IMG/VR virus record: IMGVR_UViG_3300043331_001676
Location: 15,024 to 79,023 of that record
Length of the DNA: 64,000 nucleotides
Origin: a virus
Reading direction: 5' to 3' (one strand)
Shown: positions 9,582 to 18,377 of the stretch, one piece after another
How the letters are laid out: the number at the start of each line of letters is the position of its first letter
Numbering within the stretch: the stretch's first letter is position 1
Position numbers and translations under genes: made by a program
The notes under the pieces: generated by a model
What the model saw: the letters and a program-made list of their open reading frames with translations, nothing else
Databases searched by the model: none
Told to the model about the DNA's origin: nothing

Positions 9582-9842
9582 ATGTCCCCTCTCCGAATCC
9601 AGCAAAAAATAGTCCACCTCAGCCGGCTGCTCAGAGACCTCTCGATGCGCTATACCATCGCCTGCCTGGGGGATGAGCACGAGGAGGCCCGCCGGCTGGG
9701 GGCCGAGGCTCACGAGATCCGTTTTGAGATTTTGCGGCTCAAGCGCGCCTACCAGGATGAAGTGTCGCTCAGGGCAGAGCAGGCGGCGGCGGTGGCCGAA
9801 GCCTGCCGGATCATGGGAGCCGTGGCAGATACCCGGTCATAA
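9582..9842 (+). CDS. Hypothetical protein
   Basis: AAGGA RBS, operon position. Confidence 0.65.
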   Translation: MSPLRIQQKIVHLSRLLRDLSMRYTIACLGDEHEEARRLGAEAHEIRFEILRLKRAYQDEVSLRAEQAAAVAEACRIMGAVADTRS

Positions 9843-9869
9843 TCTTTATCCAAAGCACAAGGAGGCTTT

Positions 9870-10481
9870 ATGAACGCAATCACTCTCAAGCAAAGCCTGG
9901 TCGAGGCATTACGCGATAAATCCGGCCTGGAGCAGCACCGGCCCTACCTGGGGATGAGCAGTATCTACTACTGCCCGCGCAAGCTCTATTTTGATTTTGT
10001 CGAGGGCCGGCAGTCATTTACGGATAGGGATCACTATTACTGCTGGCTGGGCTATATGTACGAGGACAGGCTCAAGCAGCTTCTGGGCGAACAGGTCCAG
10101 TATAGGCCCATCGAGATCGTGGCCGAGTGGGATGCGCGCTTCCGGGGACACGCCGACTACCAGTTCGACAGCGCCCTGGTCGAGATCAAGTCTACCAACT
10201 GGGACAAGTATCAGAAGATCGTCGCCGACCGCAGGCCCGACCCGGCTCACGTGGCCCAGGTCCAGATGTATCTCCGCCACGGCGGCTGGCCGGCCTGCTT
10301 CATGATCTATATCGCGCGGGATGTGCCGCCGCGCGAGTGGCAGGCATTCCCGCTCTGGATTTTTGAGATCGGGCCGGACCCGGCCCTGGCTGACACGCTG
10401 GACCAGAAGGCCCGTCGTATCCTGATGGCCGTAGATAAAGGGCTTCCGCCGAACTGCATTTGTAACTGGTGCCGGCGGTAG
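9870..10481 (+). CDS. Solo Cas4-like PD-(D/E)XK exonuclease
   Basis: SSIYYCPR, GHAD, VEIKS, QVQMY and C-terminal CxCxxC (split Fe-S ligands). Confidence 0.85.
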   Translation: MNAITLKQSLVEALRDKSGLEQHRPYLGMSSIYYCPRKLYFDFVEGRQSFTDRDHYYCWLGYMYEDRLKQLLGEQVQYRPIEIVAEWDARFRGHADYQFDSALVEIKSTNWDKYQKIVADRRPDPAHVAQVQMYLRHGGWPACFMIYIARDVPPREWQAFPLWIFEIGPDPALADTLDQKARRILMAVDKGLPPNCICNWCRR

Positions 10482-10532
10482 GGTGGAATTCCAAACGCGC
10501 GTTTTGATTTCTTGTAGCCATAGGATTATCCG

Positions 10533-11186
10533 ATGAAGAACCCACAGATAGACACCTTACTGCAAGCAGCCAGAGCCACTAACATTCCAGCCGCCTGGTC
10601 TGGCGGCTGGTTTGTCGAGAAAACCCAACTCAAATTGCCGCAGCCTGTCTCGTACAGAGGGGGGATAAGGCTCCTGTCACCCGGAATCTACACGGCTCTT
10701 TTCCGAATGACCGACTCGACCATGATGAATTGGCCGCCGGGCGAGGTCGTAATGGAAGATACGCCCTTCGAGTTAAAAACCCATCTTGAGTTTATGCTCA
10801 AAGCAAGGGGCAGCATCCTTGTGACCGGCCTCGGCCTGGGCTGCGTCACGCGCGGCCTGCTGGCAAATCCAGCCGTGAACCATGTCACCTGCATCGAGAA
10901 ATCAGCCGACGTTCTAAAGCTGGTGCAGCCTTATATGCCCCAGACCAACCGGCTGTCCATCATCCACGCCGATGCCCTGGAGTGGACAACGACGACAACT
11001 CAAACCTTTGACTACGCCTGGCACGACATATGGTCGAATCGAGATGCCGGCGAGCCTCATCTTGATGAGCTGCACACTCATCTAATTTTCAACTGCCGCG
11101 ACAAAGTGAGGAACCAGGGCGCGTGGAAATACGCACGAGAAGCCAAACGGTTCCTGGCAGCTAAACAGATGAAGCTGATGGCTTAA
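10533..11186 (+). CDS. Class I SAM-dependent enzyme (spermidine-synthase-like methyltransferase fold)
   Basis: ILVTGLGLG, VTCIEKS, IIHADAL, FDYAWHDIW. Confidence 0.8.
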   Translation: MKNPQIDTLLQAARATNIPAAWSGGWFVEKTQLKLPQPVSYRGGIRLLSPGIYTALFRMTDSTMMNWPPGEVVMEDTPFELKTHLEFMLKARGSILVTGLGLGCVTRGLLANPAVNHVTCIEKSADVLKLVQPYMPQTNRLSIIHADALEWTTTTTQTFDYAWHDIWSNRDAGEPHLDELHTHLIFNCRDKVRNQGAWKYAREAKRFLAAKQMKLMA

Positions 11187-11195
11187 TATCAAAAT

Positions 11196-11385
11196 CCGGG
11201 CCGGTGAGGCAGCAAGCCGCCGGCAACACCCAGGCTGCAAAACAAAGACCCCCACACCAGGAATAACCCGGTGTAGGGGACGGTCACAGAACGACCGGAG
11301 CGGGCAGAGCGGGGAGTATGGGAAGGGTCGGGAGAGTACGCTCGCCTTCACGGTCGAGAGTACGGCACTAACGAGAGTGCCGGGA
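11196..11385 (+). ncRNA. Candidate structured RNA (multi-hairpin)
   Basis: At least five consecutive stem-loops in a non-coding gap, repeated GAGAGTA/GAGTA motifs. Confidence 0.45.
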
Positions 11386-11577
11386 GGGTGATTGTGACTG
11401 ATCTCATCCTACAACCAATTGGTTTGCTGTTCAACCCCAATTATTGGGGGTACTAAGGATAAGTTCGCAGGCCGGTCTCCCAGAATTATAAACGAGTGTT
11501 AGGAGATTTAAGTGATGCCATTTTCTCAAGAGGACCTTATCAGGGGCTTCGGCGACAAACTGTTTGGCCTGCTCACA

Positions 11578-11895
11578 ATGACCCAGGCCGACCTGGAAGC
11601 GATCCAGGCGCGGGTAGAGGCGGCGACACCGGGGCCGTGGGAAGGGCGACCAAGGCTTTTGCATAATGGTCGGGAGATAAGCTGCGAGATCGTGGGGAAT
11701 ATACATCCCGGCTGGGCTACCCCGGTCTGTCAGCTTTCACCCGGCTTTGCCTGGTACGAAAATGACAAAGATTTTTTGACCAGTGCCCGCACCGACATCC
11801 CCGCCCTCCTGGCCGAGATCGAGGCCCTGCGCCGGGCCTGCTACCATTACGCTACCCAGATGGGGCGATGGGGTGAGAAGGGCAAGAAAAAATGA
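11578..11895 (+). CDS. Ead/Ea22-like phage protein
   Basis: LEAIQARVEAATPGPW...FLTSARTDIPALLAEIEALR; start could be 11512. Confidence 0.7.
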   Translation: MTQADLEAIQARVEAATPGPWEGRPRLLHNGREISCEIVGNIHPGWATPVCQLSPGFAWYENDKDFLTSARTDIPALLAEIEALRRACYHYATQMGRWGEKGKKK

Positions 11896-13010
11896 CCGGC
11901 TACTTCGGCGTCATCGGCAACCGCGACTACATCAAGATCAAGGGTGAGCGCCGGCCCTTCTGGGAGTTCCTGGACCGGCAGCCGGCCGGCTGGCTGTGCT
12001 CGCTGGCCTACAGTAGAACTGATGTGCCGGCTGCGCCGATGATCTGGGACTGCGGAGCCTGGAGCTACAAGGCCCAGGAATCGCCCCGGCTGGGCAAAAC
12101 AGAAGTCACCCCGGCCTGGGCTGCCGGCCAGTATACCCAACTGGCCCGCCCCGGCGATTTCGCCGTCGCCCCCGACCATATGCTTATCCCCTTCGCGGGG
12201 GTGGACATCGAGGCTCGCCGGCACTTCAACCGCGCCTCGGCCCTGACCTTCATCGAACTCTGCCCGGCCCACCTGCGCCCGATGGCCGCCGTCCACGGCC
12301 TGAGTTTGGCTGAACGAATCGAGAACGCGCGTTTTCTTATGGATGCCGGCTACCACACGCTGGCCCTGGGCGGCCTCGCGGGGCAGGCGAATAAACGACA
12401 GATGATTTTTGAAGTGGTCGGCGCGATCCGCCGTGAATTCCCCGGCGTCTGGCTGCATGTCCTGGGCCTGTCGTCGCCGGGCTATGCGGCTGAGTGGCAG
12501 CGAATAGGGGTGGACAGTTTCGACGGGGCCAGCCACTTCAAGCAAGCCTTCACTGCCGGCAAGTTCTTTATGGAGCAGGACGGCAAGCTCGCCGGCTACC
12601 AGGCGGCCCGGCCTGGCCAGCCTGTCACGGCCCCGGCTTGCGACTGCCTGGCCTGCCTGCGGCTGCGGGCTGAAGGCGTGGACACCCGGAGCTACGGCTC
12701 CAACGAGCATAATATGGGCCGGGCCGCGCACAATCTGAACCAGTTGATGAGGGCTATTGACATCCAGGCCGTGCGCTCCCCCAGTTTCCCGCTAGATTGC
12801 CCGACCGGGGCAGCCGGCCGGCGAGATAACCGCTTGCCGCGCCACTGCGCGGGCTGCCGGTCCTTTCAGGAGAAGGGCGGCCTACGATGTGTGTACCCTG
12901 ATTTTGCCAACGATCATCTTGAATTCATCCAGGCTCACCTGGCTCGGACTGGATCGCTGAAAGAGATCGAGTGGACCCTGCGTGGTGATAACCGGCCCGG
13001 GGTCAGGTAA
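11892..13010 (+). CDS. tRNA-guanine-transglycosylase-fold protein, DpdA-like
   Basis: WDCGAWSY (DSG motif), APDH, ALGGLA, LHVLG, SFDGAS, Zn site CDCLAC...HNL. Confidence 0.85.
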   Translation: MTGYFGVIGNRDYIKIKGERRPFWEFLDRQPAGWLCSLAYSRTDVPAAPMIWDCGAWSYKAQESPRLGKTEVTPAWAAGQYTQLARPGDFAVAPDHMLIPFAGVDIEARRHFNRASALTFIELCPAHLRPMAAVHGLSLAERIENARFLMDAGYHTLALGGLAGQANKRQMIFEVVGAIRREFPGVWLHVLGLSSPGYAAEWQRIGVDSFDGASHFKQAFTAGKFFMEQDGKLAGYQAARPGQPVTAPACDCLACLRLRAEGVDTRSYGSNEHNMGRAAHNLNQLMRAIDIQAVRSPSFPLDCPTGAAGRRDNRLPRHCAGCRSFQEKGGLRCVYPDFANDHLEFIQAHLARTGSLKEIEWTLRGDNRPGVR

Positions 13011-13024
13011 TTGGAGTTAAAGTT

Positions 13025-13381
13025 ATGAGCACCCTCGACCAATACCGCTTAGGCTACGCGCTCAAAAGCAAGCGGTCCGGCCTGGACCTGAACCTGCGCG
13101 AGGTGGCCGCTGCCACCGGCATCAGCACTTCGACCCTGTCGCGGGTCGAGAACGGCAAGGGCCACCTGCTGCAAATAGATACCTTTCTGGCCCTGTGCGA
13201 CTGGCTGGGGGCGGACCCGGCCAGCTTCATCGTGCCCGGTACGGAAGCAAACAGCGCACCCGAAATGGGCGACCTGGAGGAGATTGAGGTCCGGCTGCGG
13301 GCCTGCCTGGAAGCGCCGGCGCTGTGTAAGGCTATCGCCGAAGTCATCCGGCTGATCAGGCTTGAGCAAGCAAATTCATAA
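13025..13381 (+). CDS. XRE-family HTH regulator
   Basis: LNLREVAAATGISTSTLSRVENG. Confidence 0.92.
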   Translation: MSTLDQYRLGYALKSKRSGLDLNLREVAAATGISTSTLSRVENGKGHLLQIDTFLALCDWLGADPASFIVPGTEANSAPEMGDLEEIEVRLRACLEAPALCKAIAEVIRLIRLEQANS

Positions 13382-13398
13382 GAACGGAGGATCATCGA

Positions 13399-14103
13399 AT
13401 GTTACCTGTACTGATCGGCTGCCGGGGCAATGACCCAGATGCGCCCAAACTGCTGAAAGCTGAGGGCTGGCGTTATGGTTTTCGGAGTGATGCAACGCCT
13501 TACGGCTGGCCTTACTTCGTAGACATCAAATGGTGTGATTATATTTGGTCTAGCCATTTGGCAGTCATTCGTGAATGGCGGCCCGTAATAGCGATGGTAG
13601 CCGATTATGAATCTCTGACTCGGCAATCTTTTATGTTAGCCCAGATTCGTGACATCTCTTCTCTGGGTGTTCGGCCTATGGTTTGCCCCAAGTTTTCAGG
13701 CGCAGTAGCCGACATTCCAAAAGGTTGCATTGTGGCTGTTTCTGTACCAACCGATTATGCCGGCTTCTTACCTGAACCAAGCGAGGTCAAGGGGCGAGAG
13801 TTGCATCTTCTCGGCGGCCATCCTGACCAATTTAGGGTGCTGATTCAGCGATATAATCAAAGCAAAGTAGTAAGTATTGATTGTTCGGCTATTTTTCAAA
13901 AGGCGCAATTTGGGGCTTTTTGGAGCGCAAAACGAAACACATGGAGACATGTGAAGCATCGCTTTTCTACTCACGCACTTACCAGAATGAGTGCAAGGCA
14001 AGTCACTACATATCTGGGTCAACCCCCTAAGTTATTCCTAAAACAGAGGAAGCGGCTGTACCAGGTTGGCTTCGAGCTGAAGCCTTCATTGTTTCAAATT
14101 TAA
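13399..14103 (+). CDS. DUF6610-like protein (second, divergent TGT-like barrel)
   Basis: YGFRSD, FVDIKW, VAD, CPK, LHLLGG.P, VSID motifs; lower GC than neighbours. Confidence 0.6.
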   Translation: MLPVLIGCRGNDPDAPKLLKAEGWRYGFRSDATPYGWPYFVDIKWCDYIWSSHLAVIREWRPVIAMVADYESLTRQSFMLAQIRDISSLGVRPMVCPKFSGAVADIPKGCIVAVSVPTDYAGFLPEPSEVKGRELHLLGGHPDQFRVLIQRYNQSKVVSIDCSAIFQKAQFGAFWSAKRNTWRHVKHRFSTHALTRMSARQVTTYLGQPPKLFLKQRKRLYQVGFELKPSLFQI

Positions 14104-14126
14104 CCCTGATTATGGAGAAGCAATTT

Positions 14127-14831
14127 ATGGAGAAGCAATCAACAAACTTTAAAAAGCACAAAGACGATGAATTTTTTGACCGCATTGACCTGATAGAAAA
14201 ACGCACCGGCCAGCCGCTGATCCGGCTGATCGTCGTTCCCCGCTACAAGACAAGCGGCTTAAGTGGGGACGAGTGGCGCATTAGCGGGCAGATTCAAATC
14301 AACAAAGGAAGCCGTTGGGAGCACTTTGACCGGCACTTCCTCGACCTGGAAACGGCGACGATAGGGCTGTATCCGGCCATCTTTGGCCATCCCAGGTTGC
14401 ACCAGGTCAGCATTGCCCACGCCGACTTTTACCGTAAAGGGGTTAAGGTCTACGAGTCCACATACGACGGCAAGCTGCTGCCCCTGATTCACGTCGCCGG
14501 CCACCTGCCCTGGGCCTTCATCCTGGCCCGTGAAAATGTGGAGCCGGGAAATTGGGACGAGTTCTGTTTTCAGCCCAGTTGCTCAGCCGAGGCGGTTTCG
14601 ACCTATCAGTTGAAATACGAGTATTGCCACCGGGGCCATAAAACCAAGCCTGTAACCGGCCCATATCATCGCCGGTTCTGCAAGCGGCATTTGAGGCGTG
14701 GCAACTGCGGCCTGGAAGATGCGGATGAGAATTACATCGTCATCGAAGGCCTCGGTCCCGACCAGGCCGAGGGCTGGGAGGAAGACGCCAGGCCGGCTGT
14801 ATTTGGCGGGTTTATTGATTTAGCAAAGTAG
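14127..14831 (+). CDS. Hypothetical Cys/His-rich protein
   Basis: ORF with duplicated start region; C-terminal FC..HLRRGNC motif. Confidence 0.7.
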   Translation: MEKQSTNFKKHKDDEFFDRIDLIEKRTGQPLIRLIVVPRYKTSGLSGDEWRISGQIQINKGSRWEHFDRHFLDLETATIGLYPAIFGHPRLHQVSIAHADFYRKGVKVYESTYDGKLLPLIHVAGHLPWAFILARENVEPGNWDEFCFQPSCSAEAVSTYQLKYEYCHRGHKTKPVTGPYHRRFCKRHLRRGNCGLEDADENYIVIEGLGPDQAEGWEEDARPAVFGGFIDLAK

Positions 14832-14853
14832 TTAGCCAGGAGGAAAACCAGGA

Positions 14854-15105
14854 ATGAACATTGACACAGGCCATTTGGTAGACACATCGGGAATGACGCC
14901 GGAGGAGCTGCTGGGGCTGCGCCAGGTCGGCTATGAGGAAGTCCCGCCCGGGCTCAGCCGGGCGGCCCGGCGGGCGCTGGCGGGCAAGAAGGAAACAAAG
15001 ATCAGCCTGACTTCAGGCGGCCAGCTTTCCCGGTGGGCGGCGGCGAAGCGGAAGGCGCGCCGGAAGATGGCGAAGGAGTCGAGAAGGAAGAATAGGGGGA
15101 AATGA
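14854..15105 (+). CDS. Small basic hypothetical protein
   Basis: AGGAGG RBS; KMAKESRRKNR tail. Confidence 0.75.
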   Translation: MNIDTGHLVDTSGMTPEELLGLRQVGYEEVPPGLSRAARRALAGKKETKISLTSGGQLSRWAAAKRKARRKMAKESRRKNRGK

Positions 15106-15167
15106 TCGTCATCTTCAAGTGCGCCAGCGAGGGGGAAATGATCGTCATCTTCAAGTGCGCCAGCGAG
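15094..15167 (+). repeat. Perfect 36-bp tandem duplication spanning RBS and start codon
   Basis: AGGGGGAAATGATCGTCATCTTCAAGTGCGCCAGCG twice. Confidence 0.95.
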
Positions 15168-15347
15168 CACTGCCTCCAGCAGTTTACCGAGGAATGGCCG
15201 CTCTCCTCCCTTTTGGGTCACTTTCTCCAGGGCCGAGTGGTACAGTGTCCGACCTGCGGCCTTCGGCAACTGCTGCATCCACCGCAGCCGGCCACGGCCA
15301 TCGTGGTCAGTATTGATCCGGTTGACCCCAAAAAACCTATTGCCTAA
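15102..15347 (+). CDS. Small zinc-ribbon protein
   Basis: CxxxxC and CPTCG motifs; ATGA overlap with upstream gene. Confidence 0.6.
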   Translation: MIVIFKCASEGEMIVIFKCASEHCLQQFTEEWPLSSLLGHFLQGRVVQCPTCGLRQLLHPPQPATAIVVSIDPVDPKKPIA

Positions 15348-15450
15348 TCTTTCCACCTGTGATAGACTCATAACCAAGCGGCGGGTAGTCCATCATTGGC
15401 TACTCTTGCCGCTTCGTTTTAAAAGCGCCAAAGCTTTTGGGACGAAATCT

Positions 15451-15495
15451 AAAAGCACCTCGGACAACCCGCCGCCGTCCGAGGTGTGCTTTTTT
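15451..15495 (+). terminator. Rho-independent terminator
   Basis: GCACCTCGGAC...GTCCGAGGTGTGC stem followed by T6. Confidence 0.75.
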
Positions 15496-15498
15496 AAA

Positions 15499-15527
15499 AG
15501 GATGAAGGATGAAGGATGAAGGATGAA
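15499..15527 (+). repeat. (AGGATGA)n heptamer tandem repeat
   Basis: About four copies in an intergenic gap. Confidence 0.85.
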
Positions 15528-15567
15528 ATAAAGAAAATGTTCCCCCTCACTCCTCATCCCTCTAAAG

Positions 15568-16170
15568 ATGGCCGATGTCAATGACCTCCAGGAGGCGCTG
15601 AACGCGCCCCCGCCAACCCAGGCCCAGATCATCGAGACCTGGCTGGCGTTAAAGGAGGCTCACGAGAAGGCGGAGCAGGCGGCCAGGGAAGCGGCTGAAC
15701 GCAGCCGGCGGGCTGAAACGGCGGCCAAAAACCAGATCAGGATCCACGAGACGCTGCTGTCGGAGCTGGGCCGGATCATCCAGCAAAACGCCCTGTGGAT
15801 CGCGGCCATCGGCGAATTCCAGGAGGAGATCAGCCAGAAGCTGGAGCAGGGCGATTACCGACTATCCCTGATCCTGGAGGGAACCCGGATCAGGCTTGAG
15901 GGGGCCAGGGCCGATAAGGAGCGACTGGCCCAACTCATCGAGGAGATCAAGCTCTCAGAGCTTGATCTGATCGAGACTGAGGAGGTTGGGCTGCGCAGGC
16001 GGATCAGGCTGCACCACAAAAACCTGAGCAGCCTGGAGATCCAGAAGGCGGCTTTTGGTTCGATGTCCACGCCGCTCTACATCCTCAACCAGATCGCCGA
16101 TGAGGAGGATAAAATCAAGGAACTTGAGGCCAGGCTGGCCGAACTTATGAAAGACAGGAATACCCCATGA
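15568..16170 (+). CDS. Coiled-coil protein with C-terminal helical-hairpin (EAD-like) domain
   Basis: Heptad-rich; C-terminal NLSSLEIQKAAFG..TPLYILNQI..EE.KI. Confidence 0.7.
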   Translation: MADVNDLQEALNAPPPTQAQIIETWLALKEAHEKAEQAAREAAERSRRAETAAKNQIRIHETLLSELGRIIQQNALWIAAIGEFQEEISQKLEQGDYRLSLILEGTRIRLEGARADKERLAQLIEEIKLSELDLIETEEVGLRRRIRLHHKNLSSLEIQKAAFGSMSTPLYILNQIADEEDKIKELEARLAELMKDRNTP

Positions 16171-16245
16171 TCCTGCTAAAAAACAATCTCCCTTTCTTCT
16201 GGCAATGTCCACTTGACTTTTTGAAACTGAAGGTGGTGCTGAGGC

Positions 16246-17274
16246 GTGTCTTCTGTCGTTGAACTTATGGATGCCCTGCTCCTCCTGCTGGGCTTTATCC
16301 TATTTACGCAGTTTCTGTATGCCGGCTTTTACGCCTGGAGGGACCTGCTGGCCGGCCAGAACGGCTTCATCCGGGCTATCGCCCTGTTTTCCCTGGGAGG
16401 CGTCCTGGCCGGCTCGCGGACCATTGCCGAGGTCGTGCTGCAAAACCTGGACATGAATACCCAGCCCTATATCAACCTGCTACTGAAACTCTGGCAGGCC
16501 GGCGTCTATGGCCTGGTTACCTTCTCGCTGCACCTGATGATCCAGAAGCTCAGAGATGAGCGAAAGAACGAAGAGGGGCAGGTCCCTCGATCCCACTCAG
16601 GACAGGCCCTGGTCGAGATGGCCCTGATCCTGCCCATCCTGATTTTCATATTGATCGGCGTCTTTGAGGTCGGCTACGCTCTGCGCTCCTACATCGTCCT
16701 GGCCAATGCCAACCGGGAGGCGGCCCGCTTTGCCGTCCGGCCCCGGGTGCTCGATTACAAACTGCCCGACCCCGGCTATGCCAAGATCTGGACGCACACC
16801 CTTAACTCTATCGAGGGCCAGATTGCGTTCGAGCGCGGCGGGGAGATGCTGGTGAGCCGGGTCTTTGTGGACGCCGGCATGGCCTGCCCGCTCACGGGCA
16901 CGTGCAACTGCGACCAGGCCATGCGGGCCCCCTTCACCCCGACGATCCTGCTTAACCCGGTCCTGTATCCGACCCATACGGCCCGCTTCCCGGCCACCCT
17001 TCGGGCTGAGCCTCAGGACGAAGCCTCGACCCGCCAGAGCCGGGTCCTCAGCCCCGACTTTTATCTGTACCTGGTCGCGCAGAACCGGCGGCATAATTGC
17101 GAACTGATCCAGAAGGGAGTCCTGCCGGTGGTGGACGACCTGATCGTGGTCGAGATGTGGTACGAGCAGCCGCAACTGTTCGGATTTCCACTCATCTCTA
17201 ACCCCTATACCGACCCCGTGCCGATGTACACCCACACGGTCATGCGGCGCATCGAAGCCGTGAGGAGTCCATGA
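16246..17274 (+). CDS. Multi-pass membrane domain fused to TadE-like pseudopilin
   Basis: About three N-terminal TM segments, then SGQALVEMALILPILIFILIGVFEVG...ANREAARFA. Confidence 0.85.
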   Translation: MSSVVELMDALLLLLGFILFTQFLYAGFYAWRDLLAGQNGFIRAIALFSLGGVLAGSRTIAEVVLQNLDMNTQPYINLLLKLWQAGVYGLVTFSLHLMIQKLRDERKNEEGQVPRSHSGQALVEMALILPILIFILIGVFEVGYALRSYIVLANANREAARFAVRPRVLDYKLPDPGYAKIWTHTLNSIEGQIAFERGGEMLVSRVFVDAGMACPLTGTCNCDQAMRAPFTPTILLNPVLYPTHTARFPATLRAEPQDEASTRQSRVLSPDFYLYLVAQNRRHNCELIQKGVLPVVDDLIVVEMWYEQPQLFGFPLISNPYTDPVPMYTHTVMRRIEAVRSP

Positions 17275-17780
17275 GTTCTACCCTGTTCGGCCCCCTGAAC
17301 AAGACCCTGCGCCGGATGGTCAACGATAGCGCCAATTACCAACGCGGCGTGCTGGACCTGGTCAAAAACATTGGCCGGTCTGAAACCAACCGGGAGCAGT
17401 TCGAGCGGGACCTGAATAAATTAAACGAGAGCGCGCTGGCGATGATCCGGGACAATATGGCCCTGGCTGCCAGCTCGCGGGAGCTTGAGGAAGCGCCTTC
17501 GATTGCCGATGATATAGCCGATCTGACCATCAAACTACAGTTGATGGATTACGCCCAGCGGCTGGATTACATCGGCCTGGCCCGCTTCCTGGAAAATATT
17601 GACCCCGAACTGTTTGAGCCGACCTTAAAAGAGCTGTCCACTTACGAGGGCGGGGAGGAGCGGATCCGGGCGCTGCTCGCGGCTATCGGGAAGGTGCTGC
17701 TGAAAGATAGCCAACCCGCCGGGGAAGCGGGCCAGGCTGTCGAGGTATTGCCGGCAGAGGATTCCCAAACGAGCGTTTGA
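17271..17780 (+). CDS. Hypothetical protein
   Basis: GAGGAG RBS, ATGA overlap. Confidence 0.75.
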   Translation: MSSTLFGPLNKTLRRMVNDSANYQRGVLDLVKNIGRSETNREQFERDLNKLNESALAMIRDNMALAASSRELEEAPSIADDIADLTIKLQLMDYAQRLDYIGLARFLENIDPELFEPTLKELSTYEGGEERIRALLAAIGKVLLKDSQPAGEAGQAVEVLPAEDSQTSV

Positions 17781-17801
17781 AGTTTCTCAAGGAGAGACAT
17801 T

Positions 17802-18377
17802 ATGGCAGGAGGCAGGCCGTCCAAATTGGACGCCTCAACCCAACAGATCATCTGCGCGGCCATCCGGCGCGGTCTGGGCTACGAGCCGGCGGCGCGAATG
17901 GCCGGCATCCGCTATTCTACTCTGCGCAACTGGATCAACCGGGCCGAGGCCGAACTGGAGCGGCTGAAAAAGTCCAGGACCCGCCTTTATGCTTCGGAAA
18001 AGCCATTTGTGGAGTTTTTGGATGAACTCCAAAGGGCTGAGGCCGAGGGTGAAAATACCAATGCCGACATCATCAATGATGCGGCCCGGGGCGGGCAGCA
18101 GGTCACCAAAACCGAGAAGTACGAAAAGCGGATTTGGGATAAAAAAACCGGGGCCTTTGTTGTCATCGAACAAACGGAGACGACAAAAATAGAGACGGCT
18201 GCCCCCGACTGGCGCGCGGCAGCCTTCATCCTGGAGCGCCGGCACGCCGACCGCTGGGGCCGGCAGGTAAGGACCGAGATCAGCGGGCCAGGCGGCAAGC
18301 CGGTACCGATTCAGATCACTTCTATTGAGGTAGTAGCCCCGGCAGGGCCGGACGATGCAAACGGCGACGACGAATGA
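17802..18377 (+). CDS. terS: Terminase small subunit
   Basis: GRPSKL N-terminal HTH, DWRAAAFILERR..WG, EISGPGGKP; directly before terL. Confidence 0.85.
   Translation: MAGGRPSKLDASTQQIICAAIRRGLGYEPAARMAGIRYSTLRNWINRAEAELERLKKSRTRLYASEKPFVEFLDELQRAEAEGENTNADIINDAARGGQQVTKTEKYEKRIWDKKTGAFVVIEQTETTKIETAAPDWRAAAFILERRHADRWGRQVRTEISGPGGKPVPIQITSIEVVAPAGPDDANGDDE

Noticed and set aside
15094-15167. 36-bp repeat as a CRISPR array
   Set aside because: Two abutting copies with no spacer; no repeat-spacer array seen anywhere in the window
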